DNA of 64,000 nucleotides from Hyphochytrium catenoides. Its lineage: Eukaryota > Protista > Hyphochytriomycota. Below the pieces are notes generated by a model. The model saw nothing but the letters and a program-made list of their open reading frames with translations, had not been told where the DNA came from and made no database searches. Location: NCBI GenBank assembly GCA_900088475.1, contig FLMG01000972.1, positions 9,183-73,182 of the forward strand. The letters run 5' to 3'. The position numbers were made by a program, and so were the translations under genes. Within the stretch, counting starts at the first letter, position 1. The number at the start of each line of letters is the position of its first letter. Shown piece by piece: positions 37,600 through 50,957 of this stretch.

Positions 37600-38234
37600 A
37601 GACCATAGATTTAAAGTGTGAAGTCACTCTCCTAGACCCAGCGGTAGTACTACCTAAACAGCCCGCCTATATCTCTTCTCGGGAGATGTATTCTGGCTGA
37701 TCGGTTCTAGTGCAAAGCTACGGAAGCTGGTGTCACAAAGGGGAGAGACGGCCAAGTTGACAAGCGATAAAAAGACTTTATCGTACAAGCGTGTTGGCGC
37801 GATCCGCAGGTTCCTTCTCCACTCATTGCGGCTCTACTTGCTGGCTAGAGACAGAGGACTACTGGACTATCGTTTGACTTTTCAGCCCAATCCACCTACA
37901 CCTTCGTCACTGACCTCAGCTTGAGGAGCATGCGCTGGCAGCGAGGACTTATGACGAACTCCAGCCTCGTCTCAGGCACTATTTCTTTCAAGCGCTAGCA
38001 TGGATGGGCTCCGCCCTGGGTGGAGCGAGACTAGCGAGAAGAAGCCAAAGAGCAGAGTATCAGTACTAAATAATATCAGGAAGACGTTGAGCCAGACGCA
38101 GGGACACACGTCGGCATGAATCTCAAGTTAAATTGTTGAACTGTAGAAGTGCACACTGGCAACACCGCTGTGCGCTTTCGCAAGTGTTGTCGCACAGTTA
38201 TAAATTAAATGTTAAAACTTTCTAGGGTTACATG

Positions 38235-41200
38235 TTAGAGATCGATCACGATGATGTCCTCATCCACCACAGGAGATTCTGGGCGCTCCGCTGACTCGAT
38301 CTTGCCATTACCCTCGCCTTCAGTAAGGTAACAGAATCGGTCAACAAGGAAGTTCCAGCTTCGCCACGTAAAAAGCTGACTTACCTGTGGAACCGGGCTC
38401 CACCATTTCATCAACACGTTCCACAGTCCTCTTGACCTGCTGCTCAGAGTTACGTCGCTGAAAGAAGTCCATAATGTTTCCCTGGCGCTTCTTTGATAAA
38501 GCGGAAAGGCCCTCGGGAGAAGGAGACCTCCCTCTCGATCCATTGCCCTTTACGTCCCTAGTGGTTTCTTTTCCAACTTCAGATTCAGGACCTGCCCTTG
38601 TGGTGCTGACTGTAGCGTTCTGTTTTTGTCCGGACACTGAGGATCGCTCCTCCCCCGATACAAGGTATCGGGGCAAATACTTTACAATGAGAAGCGTCCG
38701 CTTCTGTAAGGACTTCACCATTGCCGCCTAGGACAAGAGAAGTCGGTAAAGAACAAGTACAAGCTTGGAAGGTGGGAAGTGTGCCGGGGAGGCTTGCAAG
38801 TGCGTAGAAACAGTCACGATGACGAGTAAGGGGGAAGCTATAGTCGTACATTGACAAGTCCGCCGCCAACATTTATCCCCATAGTGTCTCTCAGAATGGA
38901 CTCCCACTCCCCATAGCCGTGCGCCATGATTCCCTGCAGCATAGAGCGGAAACTTGGATTAGTATAGCTCCATTGCCTAATATTTCGGAGGGTTGCCTAT
39001 GTCTGTACAATTTTTCTATGGTTGACCCTTGTCTCTGTCCTTCATACCCTACTTTGGGTCTTTGTGCAGACGTCTCGTACCTGGAGCACCTTCAGATCAT
39101 GGTCCGGAGAGACCCAGAATCTAGGGGTGCCACCTCTAAATTTTACATTCACAGCCACCATCTGGTTGATCGCTCGCAGAAGCTTTTCTTGAGGAAGGCG
39201 AAGGATCTGGGCAATAGTTTGTATTACAGGACAACGTACGAAAGGAGAGAGAGCCAGGGGATAGGCCGAAACCGTCAGTAAAGTCCACTTTCACAGGGCG
39301 AGGCAGGCTACTGACCTCCACCTGCACGGTACGGAGTAACTTCAGCCTAGACATGAAGTCCCTGGCCAGTGACGGTGTGATCCAGCTCCACTCCTGCGAG
39401 GACCCTGCGCTCTCACCCGATGGACTTGGTTCGACGCCTGAAGCCATCTGCTCAACCAAGTACACCCACTTAGCAATGCACTCGATACAAGAGACGCAGT
39501 TCTAACTAGCAACGCCATCCTTACTGCATAACTGGGCCAACCAGCTTTCTTTCTCCATCCACAGGGAGCACTGGCCCAAACAAGCGGCACCATTACCCCC
39601 TTGCTGTATTTAGCGCGAGCTCTATAATCTCCTCCACTTACCATGTCAACGTGATTCACAATAATGGTCCAGAGTCTGTCGCAGCTTTGTCTTAATTGAT
39701 TCTGCTCTATAGCATTGAGTAGTTCCGCATTATACTTAGAGTTACGCCAGGCTTCTAATGTCGCTGCCCAATCCACCCTGATAGATTCTGGCCGCTGATT
39801 ATGAGGGTCATCGCAGCGGAGAAACGCCATAAATCCTTCGTATAGAGCAATTTCTTGCTGCTGGCGTTGGAGATGTGCTGGTGATGCCTGCAAGTGTGAG
39901 AATGCAGCGCCTTATGTTAGAGCCCCTGTCGTTCCCCCATGTTCTTTCATTTGCTACTCACCCTTTACCTTGTTGTTCCTTAATTATTACTATCTACGAT
40001 AGCTCGCTGCCCCTCGTTATGACACTTACCCTTATTTGCTTCACGGGAACGGGGACGGGAGCAGACCCAGAGAGCTTCAGTTCGCTACCCATCCTCCTCA
40101 GCTTCCCAGCAACCTGTCTGATCCTCTTGGCAAAAAACTTCGTGGAAGTGCTTTGGTTGGCCTGTTCGCTGAAAGTCTCTGAAATGGTATCCAAGTTCTT
40201 CTTAAAAGGGGCCCCGGTGGGCCAACCGTAAGTGTCTATGGCCTTCATGAGCTGGATATCGTCTCTCCCTACATCCCACCAGGAAAAATCATACTCTAAC
40301 TTGGTCTTTAGGTTTGCTCTGAGGAACCCCATTATAGCATAAATCTCGTCCTCACTGGCACCATCTCCTGAAGTGCCAGAGAGAACGGCGTGAATTGTGT
40401 GGAGGTCTTGAAGCTGGTGGAGCTTTGTGGGGAAGTTTCTGCTCAAAAATTGCAAGAAAATTAGGTTTAGTAAGACAGAAGGGTAGAGACAGACGCCATA
40501 AAGAGACAGAGATAGAGGAGGTAATATGGGCTCATCATTCCGAACGAAGACAAAGAGGGAGCGCATCGCGGGGCAACAGCCAGGGACCACATTTAGGGGT
40601 CAATCAAGTGTGGGGGAAAGTCAATATTGCAGCCTCCGAGTACCTGAAGCTGTCCAACTTAGGAATGTCCAAGATCTGCTTAGGTTCTTCCTTATAAAGC
40701 CTCTGGCTAAGCTCACGTGCCTTGGAGAAGGGAATGTCTGAATTATCAGATCGGCGATTTGCCATGTTTTTCTCATCTTCTTCCTGGGGAAGTTCTTTGT
40801 GCTCTCCTGATTTCTTTGGTCTATGCAGGATGGAGTTGGCTAGCTGGTAGAAATCCTTACAGACGGTCACCAAGAAAGGTAGTTTGTGCATAAGATGGTC
40901 CTGCTCCCTTGTCACCTCATGCTCCGCTATATTTTGCGTGATGGAAGGAGAGTCCGCTTGAGTGGTGCAAGATAGTCTATTCCTTGGGGTAGGACCCTTC
41001 GCCGGAGTCGTCTTGGAACCCCCGTTCGAATCAACTGATGGGTTAGATAGAGACGACAATTCCTGCTTCTCATGTTCTCTTCTCCTTTGTGCAGGATTAC
41101 TTTGCGGTTGGGCAGGAGAGGAATCAGAGTTAGTGGCTCCCGCATCAGCTGGAATATTCACTGCATTGTCTCTGCTTCTCATAGGGCTGTGCTGAGCTGT

Positions 41201-44200
41201 ATGAATCTGAGGTTCCTTTCTGTCGGTTAAAGCTTCTTCGCTTGTGCTCTTATTCGTCATTTGCGACGTGTCCGGCTTCATTGGAACAGGTTCCGGCTTC
41301 ATTGGAACAGGTTCCGGCTTCATTGGAACAGGCTCCACCTTCAGGCTGTTCTGGGCGTGATGCTGTGATAATGCAGCAGCGGCTGCTGCTGCTCGTTTTC
41401 GAGCCTCTGCCTTTGCCTTCGCTGAAGCGTAGGCGGCCCCTTCAACCAATTTTAGCACCAGCAGGCAGGAGACGAGTCTTGCATCATCTTCGGAGCACGA
41501 AGGATGGTCGATAAGCCCCATTATCTTCTCCCATCGCCCGTAACCGTAAGTGAGCAAGGCAGACTAAGACCGTCGGGCGAGATGTCCGCATCGCAAAGTA
41601 AGGTCAGCGAAGAGGACGCATAGACTTAGCTTCTACAAGGAACTGCAACTAGTAAATGGCTATTTACCTCTAATTGCTTGGAAAGCCTGACCCCTTTTTT
41701 GCCACCAGCAGTATCCTCCGAAGAATAATCCTGATCTGAGTCCAGATTAACTTCTGCGTAAGTCTTGGGTCGCGCAGCTCTATCTCTCCTTCTGGGCATG
41801 AGCTCATCTTGCTCTAGAGGGACCTGCAAGCCTACTACCTTCTCCCAAAATTTGGGATCGTCGAGTTCTGTAGATGGGTGCTTCTCAGAAGGGACAAAGC
41901 TCGCAGTCGAAAAGGTTGATTTAGTGGACAGATGAGAGCCCTTGCCATCTCTTACAATGGTAGTGGACTGCTGCTGCAAGATTTGGTCGATCGTGGCCTC
42001 ACAAAAGGTTTTGCTGCTGATCATAGAGGACCCGTCCTTCTCCTCCTTGAATATATCATACGCTCCATTACGGAGCAGTGACTCCATTTCTGCCTTGCTA
42101 AGATTCTTGGCGTTAGAACTAGAACCACTACCAACGCCAGCTTTGACGCCATGCAAAACTGCGTAATCAAGTCCTAACTTCAGCGACGCCCTTGAAAACA
42201 TCTCCATCTCGTAAGTCTTCCGGGTAAGAAGACGGTATATACGCACTGGCTTAGTTTGTCCTATGCGATGGCATCGAGCCTGAGCCTGAAGGTCATTTTG
42301 TGGATTCCAGTCACTGTCATAGATAATGACAGTGTCTGCTGCTGTCAAGTTTATACCTACACCACCTGCTCTCGTACTCAAGAGCATCACAAATATGTTG
42401 CCATCAGGCGCACAGTAGCGATCGATTGCAGCCTGCCTTTGGGCTCCAGTGATACTGCCATCAATCCTCTCAAAGCTGTAGCCACGCATGCGGAGGTAGT
42501 CTTCTAGTATGTCCAACATGATCTTGAACTGAGAAAAGAGAAGGACTCGGTGGCCCTCCTTCTGCAGCTTGGGAAACAGCTTGTCCAAAAGAATTAACTT
42601 GCCGCTTGAAGAGACTAGGTGCTCTCCAGTCTGCTCCTGCTCTGTTGCCAGATTTTCCAGGTTAAAGTTCTCTACACCCTTCAACAGATAAGGATGATTG
42701 CAGCACTTCCTCAGCTCCATCATAATGTTCTGCAAGCTCTGAGTCTGTCCGCCTTTGCAGCCTCGCGCTAGAAAGGAACTGTTTTTCTCAAAAATGGCTC
42801 GATAGTACTGCTTTTGGAGTATAGTGAGCTCGACTTCGATGATCACTTCTTCCTTGGGAGCTAAGGAAGTCTCAACGTCTTCCTTCATTCTTCTTAAGAG
42901 ATACGGTCTAACCTGAGCGTGAAGTGCCTGCAACTGCCCCTCTTCCGTCAGGTTACCATACTTCTCCGTGAAAGAATCAGGATCATCAAACTCTTCTGGG
43001 TCTATAAAATTCAGTAAATTCCATAACTCCTCAGTATTATTCTGTAAAGGGGTTCCGGTAAGCAGGACGCAGTCTTCATAGAGAAAGCTCTGTGTCAGTA
43101 CCACTGCGAGCTTCGAGAATCTGTTCTTCAGCCGATGAGCCTCATCAACGACCAGCAGCTGCCATTCAATGCTAGAAAGATAGCGCATATCGTTGGCGCA
43201 ACACATCTCTGGAGACGTTATCAAGACGTCAAACTTGTAGACTTTTTTCGAGCCCTTCTTGTAGTAGAACTCGTACTTCCGGATGGCCTCCCTAGCTGCT
43301 GCACTTCCGTGGTACACAACTACGTTGAGGTCCGTCCACGCTGCGAATTCCCTTGCCCAGTTACGCACGACGGAAAGAGGAACAACCACCAAGCACGGCG
43401 CGCCTGCTTTCTCCTGGCGAATAAGATGGTTAACAAAGGTGAGGGCTTGGACAGTTTTCCCCAAGCCCATTTCGTCCGCGAGGCAACTGTTCCGTCCATG
43501 GTACCAGTTGTAGATCATCCAGTTCAGCCCATCCAGCTGGTACTCCCGGAGTTGATTGCCGTTTAGAACATGCGGAATCGCACAGTCTTCATACTTTCGA
43601 TAGGTTTTAGGTTGTCGATAGATGCGAGGGATCAACTTGCATTTACTCTTTGCTGTAGGTAGTCGATTGCGGCGTCTGTATTGCTCGATGGCAACAGGAT
43701 CCGTCACATCGTCTTCCGCTTCCCAAGTACATTCATCGTATCCCAGCCCTTTCCATTTGACATAAAATAGGACCGTCTTAGCGCCTAATAAGACAGTAAG
43801 AAAGGGACAGGCAGCGGCAGGAACCTTCTTAAGTCCATGATGTGGCGATCGCAGCAAACGGTAACGGAGACATCAGTCCGGAGCTTTCATGAATAACGAA
43901 CCATCCTTAGTAACAAATGGCAGCAGCCAGGGCCAAGCATGCCTTGATAGCTTGAAGTTCAGAAGCATCTCAAATTTGCGCATTTACCTGAACCTCTCTT
44001 CTCGTCAAGGACCCTGTCCACCTCGACATACTCGGGGCTGAAGTACTCGTCAGACAAGGACTGATCAAGGCCACAACGCTACGTGTTGAAGGCAAACATA
44101 GGAAGGCGTTGCATTAGAACGTCTCCGTTGCAAGTCGGCGGGGTGGATATGTTGGACACGTACCGAGAAGTATTTCTCAATCTTCTGAAGGGCTCTTTTG

Positions 44201-45682
44201 CCTTCAAGCCTCTCCATTGCTGATTTGCTCTCCCAAGAAATATGGATGTAAGCCAACCCCTTCCATTTTATCAAATAGCGCTCAAACGGCTCGCCATCAT
44301 CACGATCCCCCTCGGCCGTACCCGTTTCCTTCCCCTCGTCTCCCAAGACAGTGCCATCTTTTACATATTTTGTATTCATGGCTTGCATCAGCTTTGTCCA
44401 GGACTAGATGAGAAGCAGGTAGAGGATACAGAGGGTCAACGATAGGGTCGGGTCCCATTCACATCGATGGCGCAAAACTCACCGCCTTGTCATGCTTCTC
44501 CCATCCTAACACTCTATCGATGACTAGGTCTCCGACATCTCCATCAGAACTCTCCTCAGTCTCTTCGTCCTCAGAGGAGGTTTGGGGTTTAGATCTCCTT
44601 TTGGCAGATGAAGTGCTCGTTCGTTCAGTTCTTGCTCTCTTTGGCTGGTTCTTCTGTACAGTGTCTGACTCTGGGCTGGAGGAAGAGCCGGCCCCTCCGG
44701 ATTCCGAGAACAAACCATCAAGGCCAAGCTCCGCTCCGGANNNNNNNNNNNNNNNNNNNNNNNNNNNNNNNNNNNNNNNNNNNNNNNNNNNNNNNNNNGG
44801 TCGGCCTGCTGTCGAAGAACCTTCGTCCTCGTCATCACTTTCCTTCCCCCGGAAAGAGGAACGCTGCATCATACGAGTCCATGAGCTAAGTGCAGAAAGA
44901 TCTAGGGCTAAGTCATTAAATACCTTCTTCCATGATGGGGCCTTTTCTGGGCCTGCTTTGACCCCGAGAAACAGAGCAATATGCGTGGTACCAATATATA
45001 GGCGGCTGTGAGGCGACAATACTCTAGCTGTAAAAGAAAGGCGTCAACTACCTTGCTTACTGTTTCTCTGGCCCTTGGAGTCCTTGCAACATTCGTCGCA
45101 GAACCAATCTCCTCTAGGAATGGACTTCAGTGGCGGGACGAGGCAACTCATATGAAAGGGTCGGTTGCAACCATCGCAGAGAAGCATGCGCATGGGCTCA
45201 TCGTTGACATCGCAAATAGCACAGGGGTCGTCGTCAAGGTCCTCATCTTCCTCGTAGTCTTCGTCCTCTTGCTGGTCCTCTTCACTCTCACTGGCAACAA
45301 CTTTTCTACTTTTGCGGGCTCTCTCTCTGGGATGCCGCTCGAGTGCAGGCGTTGAAGACGTCAAAGGTTTACGTCCTGAAGATGAGGAGCGCCGTGACGG
45401 TCGGCGCTGAAGCGATGTCGCTGTGGACGCATTTCAAAAAGATCAGCAAGTCCCTTTACTAGCACGAAAGAGTTTTACAGGGCTGTCCATAGCTTACCGG
45501 AAGCCTCAGAGACCTTAGAAACCGTCTTGTCGGTCGAATGCCTCATTTCCAACACAGATACTAGTAAGGGCAAAGGGTGAAGATCAGGATGTGGAGTGAT
45601 ATGCGTGTCACGATAACAGTTGCTTACCCTGGTCTCTGCTGGCCGGCTGACTTCTCTCCGTCCGTCGAGGTCTGTTGGTCAT
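38235..45682 (-). CDS. Chromodomain helicase DNA-binding protein with a CHD6-9/kismet-type ATPase, an N-terminal PHD finger, double chromodomains and SANT/SLIDE-like C-terminal modules
   Basis: PHD: CAICDVNDEPMRMLLCDGCNRPFHMSC..GDWFCDEC. Chromo: YLIKWKGLAYIHISWE and FYVKWKGLGYDECTWE. SNF2 motifs: LADEMGLGKT, VVDEAHRLKN, LRKCCNHPY, QAQARCHRIGQ. C-terminal modules: TYGYGRW and GIMAHGYGEWESILRD. Start approximate. Confidence 0.93.
41271..41332 (-). repeat. Three 21-bp coding tandem repeats (PVPMKPE) in the CHD gene
   Basis: tccggcttcattggaacaggt x3 on the + strand. Confidence 0.95.
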
Positions 45683-46409
45683 GGTAGGTAGCTGCAACAT
45701 CGGGGCTGAAGACGTCGGAGAAGGTAAAGATCCAATCATCTCGCAATAAGTAGAGAAGCAGCTTAGAAAGGCACTTTTACATACATGTGAATGGGCCATC
45801 CGCATCGTCAAACAATGCCTCTTCGGAAGACGACGACTGGGAAAGGAAAGCTTCACCCTCAGACTGCGAATTGAAAGTCAGTGCTGAGCTAGTCGTGTTG
45901 AACGTAAAGCATTCTTACGTCGGAGAGCTCCCTGTATGATAACCGTGGCCGCTTACGCCTGTTCATATTTGCCGGCGCTAAACGTCTGCTGCAAGAAGGT
46001 GCGTTCAGGGAGAAGACGCTCCAAGAGCAAATCAGCTTTTCTTTGCCATATGACAGTCAAAGCAGTTCACCGGACTGCAAGATCTCTGCGCTCTTCGTCT
46101 GTGCTGAGCTCGGCTGGATTGAGAATGAGAACTGTCCGATGATGAGGAGGGAAGCTGGACACGGTCGAAGCTCAAAATGCGGCCCATTTCCGCAGTTTCT
46201 GTGGCGTTTCTCGCGGGCTTTTGGCGGCAAATTCAAACACAGTCTTTTACTTACAAGGAGAGCTCAGTTAATTTAGGTCACAATATCATTTCCTACGGAA
46301 GATTAGGTTGTAATTCCGGTAAATTTTGTCGTATTCCGGTGATTCGGTAAGCGTTGACGATGCTCTTCTTCAGCCGTAAAACTTGCCTCCTGATGGAGTT
46401 TTGAGCTAA

Positions 46410-46500
46410 AAGAAGAAGAAGAAGAAAGAAGAAGAAGAAGAAGAAGATGATGAAGATGAAGATGGAGAAGAAGAAGAAAAAGAAGAAGAAGAAGAAGAGA
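46410..46500 (+). repeat. (GAA)n trinucleotide microsatellite
   Basis: Imperfect run of gaagaagaa, about 90 bp. Confidence 0.9.
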
Positions 46501-46820
46501 CAAGGGCTACAAAGCGAGCTCTGGACTTTTCAACACGTTCTCCTCCTCCTCCGCCATCATTATCATTATATCAAGAGATTTCTGATGAAGATCGTGATAG
46601 TTATTGGTGGTTCCCACTTCCTTTCCATGGCCTTATGATAAATGTATATATAGCATTAAAGTAGTGGAAGATGATGATAGATAAGAAGGTCAGCATTGAT
46701 GTCCGGTCGACTACTAGCGGTGGCGCTTTACGTCTTCATATCATCATCGAAAGAGGAGTCTCTTTCGTTATCCAAGAAAAACCTAATAATGCGCTTCAGA
46801 TCCGGAAGCGTAGTCCTTCC

Positions 46821-46880
46821 CTTCAGGACTTGGACCCTTCTCTTGCTTGCCTTCAGGACTTGGACCCTTCTCTTGCTTGC
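46821..46880 (+). repeat. Perfect 30-bp tandem duplication
   Basis: cttcaggacttggacccttctcttgcttgc x2. Confidence 0.95.
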
Positions 46881-48822
46881 CTGCCTGGTCGAGTTTGATG
46901 GTGGTCTTGGGGCTTTTCTTCTTCTTCTTCTACCCCACCTACTACTCCCTCGCCAATTGTCAATGCTGAGAAACTCATCAACTACTATTATAAAGGATAA
47001 TAGTCCTTCGTTCGTAGTAGCTCTTGTCTCTTTATCTTTCTTCCATCTTCGGTCTCTTCTTCTTCTTGTGAGAGTAGTGGTTGACTCTATCTTCTTTTTC
47101 CATTTTTAATGCACTTGTTATGCAGCGCGACGGGCGATGTTACTGACGAGTGACTTTTCGACATTGTTCTCCCCCGGTAATATATGAACTGACAAAGAAG
47201 CTCCTCTCTCTCTGATTAAGAAACTTCGTTCAATCAGGGGGTTGTTCTATTGAACTTCATGGCTTTACGTGCCGGAAGAGACCACAACTTCTAGCTAAAG
47301 AGTCGGCGGGCCGGGGAGGGCGGTCTCTGACGTGCTCTGCTTATGCCTTACTGTTGTTCTTCGTTCTGCTCCGGACCAAGCAAATAGAAAAACGAACCTT
47401 CATCATGGACTTATCTTTGCGTTGACAGTGTTGGCTGCTCAATAACGGAAGAGCAGCATTGGCTGGGATGGGGTGGACGAGGCCAACATCCTGATGAGAC
47501 AAACAACCAACGGTCCGTCCAATGTGAGACGCATGGTCCCCTCAAACAAGAAGCAACTAGCGGCGGCGGGGAAGGGGACCAATAATAATAGTAAAAGCAG
47601 TTGACTCACGTGGATCTGTGAATAGCTCTTGCCGCCTATTCATGGCCTGCTCCTGTGGTATCTCTAGAACAGACCCTGCCACCGACGCCCAGCGTTTCAG
47701 CAACCTCGGAGCTGCCGCCAGTGCCTACTTATTTCAAAGCTATTGTGTGGCCCATACCTTGGGTTCTTCGGACCAGATAGCGACATGACGGAACCAATGC
47801 AAGCGGCATCACTGAAGGGATAAAAAGGAGAGAAACCTCTCATCAGTCAACGTTCTGGATCCCTATCTGCGGTGCTACGAATAGAGCGCGAACCTTGACA
47901 AGACTCAGGGATTACTCTCGTTGTTCGTCTCCTGCCCGACACCTGCAGCAGTTCATCAAGGCCACAAAATGTAGGCAACGCATGAAAGAAAGAAAAATGG
48001 GATCCTTGCAAGCTTTTCGCACCCTGGTTTGGCGTCTCAGTTGTCGGCCCATCTAGCTTCCTTCGCCTATCTAGCCCTCCTTATATATCGGGAGGATTTA
48101 ACGTACGACGCCTCCTTCTTCTCTCGACACTTCCAGGCACTTTAGGCCACACGATACCGGACGGAGGCGCAAAAAGCTAGTCTTCTAGCGCCCTTGGTCC
48201 AGATTGCAGTCTTCTTCTTCTAGAGATCAGAGTCTCTTTCTATTTGATTGATAAGGAGAGAGAAGAAGTGCGTGCTTCTGGGACGACGGAGGAGTCCTCG
48301 GTCAGAGCTGTGTACGGCATGCAAAATACCGTCTCTATAAAGCGCGCCAAAACGCTGTGCCTCCTAAGTGATAGATGCTGTTCAACGCGCGCTGTCCGTC
48401 TCACAGGATGCAGCACACCAGGCAGCCAGCGGTACGGCACACAGCTGCTGGTCGGCCGGCAAGCTGCTGTAGCTCCTGCTTATACTGCTTGGGAAACATC
48501 ACTTGGCACTTGGCAGCGCTTCGTGAGAATCAGAATAGGCGCCATGTTACTATGGAAAAAGTTTGCCTTTGTCTAACATAAACATGGTATTACTACTGCT
48601 AAATCTTGGTAACACCCACCACACCTCACTCTGAATGACAAAGTTGTTTTAGAGTTTACAAAGGAGAAAGCTGGATCAGGTCCAGCAGGCATTGCGATGT
48701 CAGTCGGCGTCGTATGGGACAGAGGTTAGATCTCAACGCTCTCGCCGTCCGTATAGCGTGGTGTCGAACTGCAAGAGCAGGCTGACGTCTCCAATGGATC
48801 CAGGCTTGCCAGAAAGAACTAG

Positions 48823-49660
48823 ATGACGTCCAATAGTTCTGATATTTTTGTGGGCGGGCTACCCGGGAAGGTACCGGATGGTCAACATCGGATTCTTGTT
48901 TTTAAAGTCTGATTAGGCTCTATCTAGGCCAAAGAGGAGGACGTCAAAGCGTACTTTGAGGAGCAGTACGGCCCTGTTGCATCATGCAGGATCGTCATCG
49001 ACCGGGACACGGGGAGGTCAAAAGGGTGATGAAGTTGAAGCTGCTTCGTCTTGTTGTTACTGGGCTAGATGGCTAATGCAAAGAGTAGGTACGGCTTCAT
49101 CACCTTCGTGGACCCAAGCAGCGCTCAGCTTGTGAAGAAGGAACAGAAGATAAACTTCATGGGCAAACTGGTACGGTACGCCTATTCGCTTTGCTTCTTT
49201 ATATTCTTGAATTCCCCCGTTCATCCAAGCACTGACCCAGATGCACTCTTTAACTCTTTGAGGTGACTGTGGCAGAGAGATCTATCAAACGAGGAGCAGC
49301 CGCAGGAGGTGCGTTCAAGCTTCTCCTACAAGTCCTACCGGCATGCTACTACTAGCCTATTTTGTTCATTTGTTACAAGGGGATGGCTATGCAGGTTCCA
49401 GCAATCCCTGTCTAACCTCTTTCATAGCAGGCATACATTTACCTAGAGCATCCTCACCAAGGCAAGGGGAAAGCAGCCTTCTTCCTACAAAGAAAGTGAC
49501 ACCAAAGAATCAAGTCAATACACCTGGAAGGCTGCCACGGGGTATAACGCAGGACCGTTTGACAGAGGATACAGAGCCCCTAATAGAGATCGAAGGGATT
49601 GCAGATAACGCTGATAAAGATGAAGCCTGCTGTGGACAAGCTCCAAGGTGCTCTGATTGA
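48823..49660 (+). CDS. Single-RRM RNA-binding protein (hnRNP A/Musashi/Boule-like RRM); 3' end uncertain
   Basis: Spliced exons give RNP2 DIFVGGLP, IVIDRDTGRSKG|YGFITF (RNP1) and KINFMGKL|VTV. Confidence 0.82.
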
Positions 49661-50957
49661 TTTGGATGTCTTACTCCTGAGTGACATATGTATAGAGAAC
49701 TAAGCGTGTGGCTCCAGGATGGTGACATACGTATATCGAGACGAGCCCCTGCCAGTACCAGTCTCTTTTTCACGGAGGGTACGAGTAGCTGCGGATCGGA
49801 TGAGGTTTCGAGAGACCCCCTTACCGGTTCCGGCAGCTTCAGTGATCGATGAAGTCATAAAACGACATAACGGGGCAAGTGCATACCGAGGTAAGTGAAC
49901 AACTGTCAGGGAGTTTATGTTCGTCTCGGGCCTGACAGGTTCTATCCGCAAGATACGCCGATAGCCGTCCCTCCGCCACTTGTCTACAACATGGCAGACG
50001 GACCAGAAGGCTGACTTCACTGAGTAAGGTCTAAGCAAGCTCTGTATGAGACATATAGAAGATCAAACAGAGGTGACAAATGTGGCACTACTTGTTCATT
50101 GACGGATGATGGGCACCTCCCTTGACACCCTCACCAAGATCTTTCATGACATGCCCAGCTTTCCTTCCTTCGCAGTTCCTGAAAATCGCTCCGGATGCTT
50201 CTCTACCTTTCATTGTAAATAGACCGATGCTCAGAAGCGCTCATGCCTATGCTATCGTAGATGCTTCAACTCAAGTAACCTTTCGAAACCCTCTCACCGA
50301 TGATGGTGGTACATTCCATTGATAGCATAAAGAACCTCTACCTAGTAGTAGCGCTAACACTGTGGGCCTGTCCCTGCGCCTCAAAGCTCTCCTCTGGTCC
50401 TCATCAAGAAGTGTGCTCGACATTGTCTGCTTCACTTGTGGGAGCAGGTCCTTCAGGCTGTGGAAGGGCTCACTAAGTTCATTGCTGCACTGGCTTCTAA
50501 TGGCTTGCAGATTCTTGGCAAACCTAATGGAGATGCCCAAGAGATGCTTTAACAATGGCGTGCTGTACAGATCCTGGACTCATGTCAATGGAACGTCTGA
50601 TTTTGCCAATAGTGATGAATATTATTCTAGATACCTATAACCTTAGGACCTTAAGGAGGTTGTTTCCCATGTTGAAGATGCACTTCATCACTGATCGAGA
50701 GTCAGGAGAGCTTGATGCTGAGAATCGGCCAACAAATGGCGCGACGCCCCGGATGAAAGAAAAGTCTAGAGCTTCAAGAGTAATAAGGCCAGACGATGTA
50801 ATGATAGGTCCTAGCATAGGTTAAAGAACTGCTAGATGCCATCATCAGAGCCCGAAGGCCGCCATATTTAGACACCGTTTACTTCTTAGGCCAGGCCACG
50901 GAGTGGAGAGATCACGATAGACTCGGGGGGCCTTGTTGTTCCGCCCACTGCTTAAAG

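Noticed and set aside
37993-38036. GC-rich hairpin (gctccgccc t gggtggagc) as an ncRNA or SECIS
   Set aside because: No SECIS core spacing, no tRNA or snRNA features; a short hairpin is expected by chance.
46821-46880. 30-31 bp direct repeats (also 56288-56348) as CRISPR-like arrays
   Set aside because: Only two head-to-tail copies, no spacers, no cas genes, and a eukaryotic context.
49700-50550. Exon-like segments between the RRM and DGAT2 genes
   Set aside because: Splice-like sites exist but the phases could not be reconciled into a supported CDS; they may be further RRM exons or UTR.
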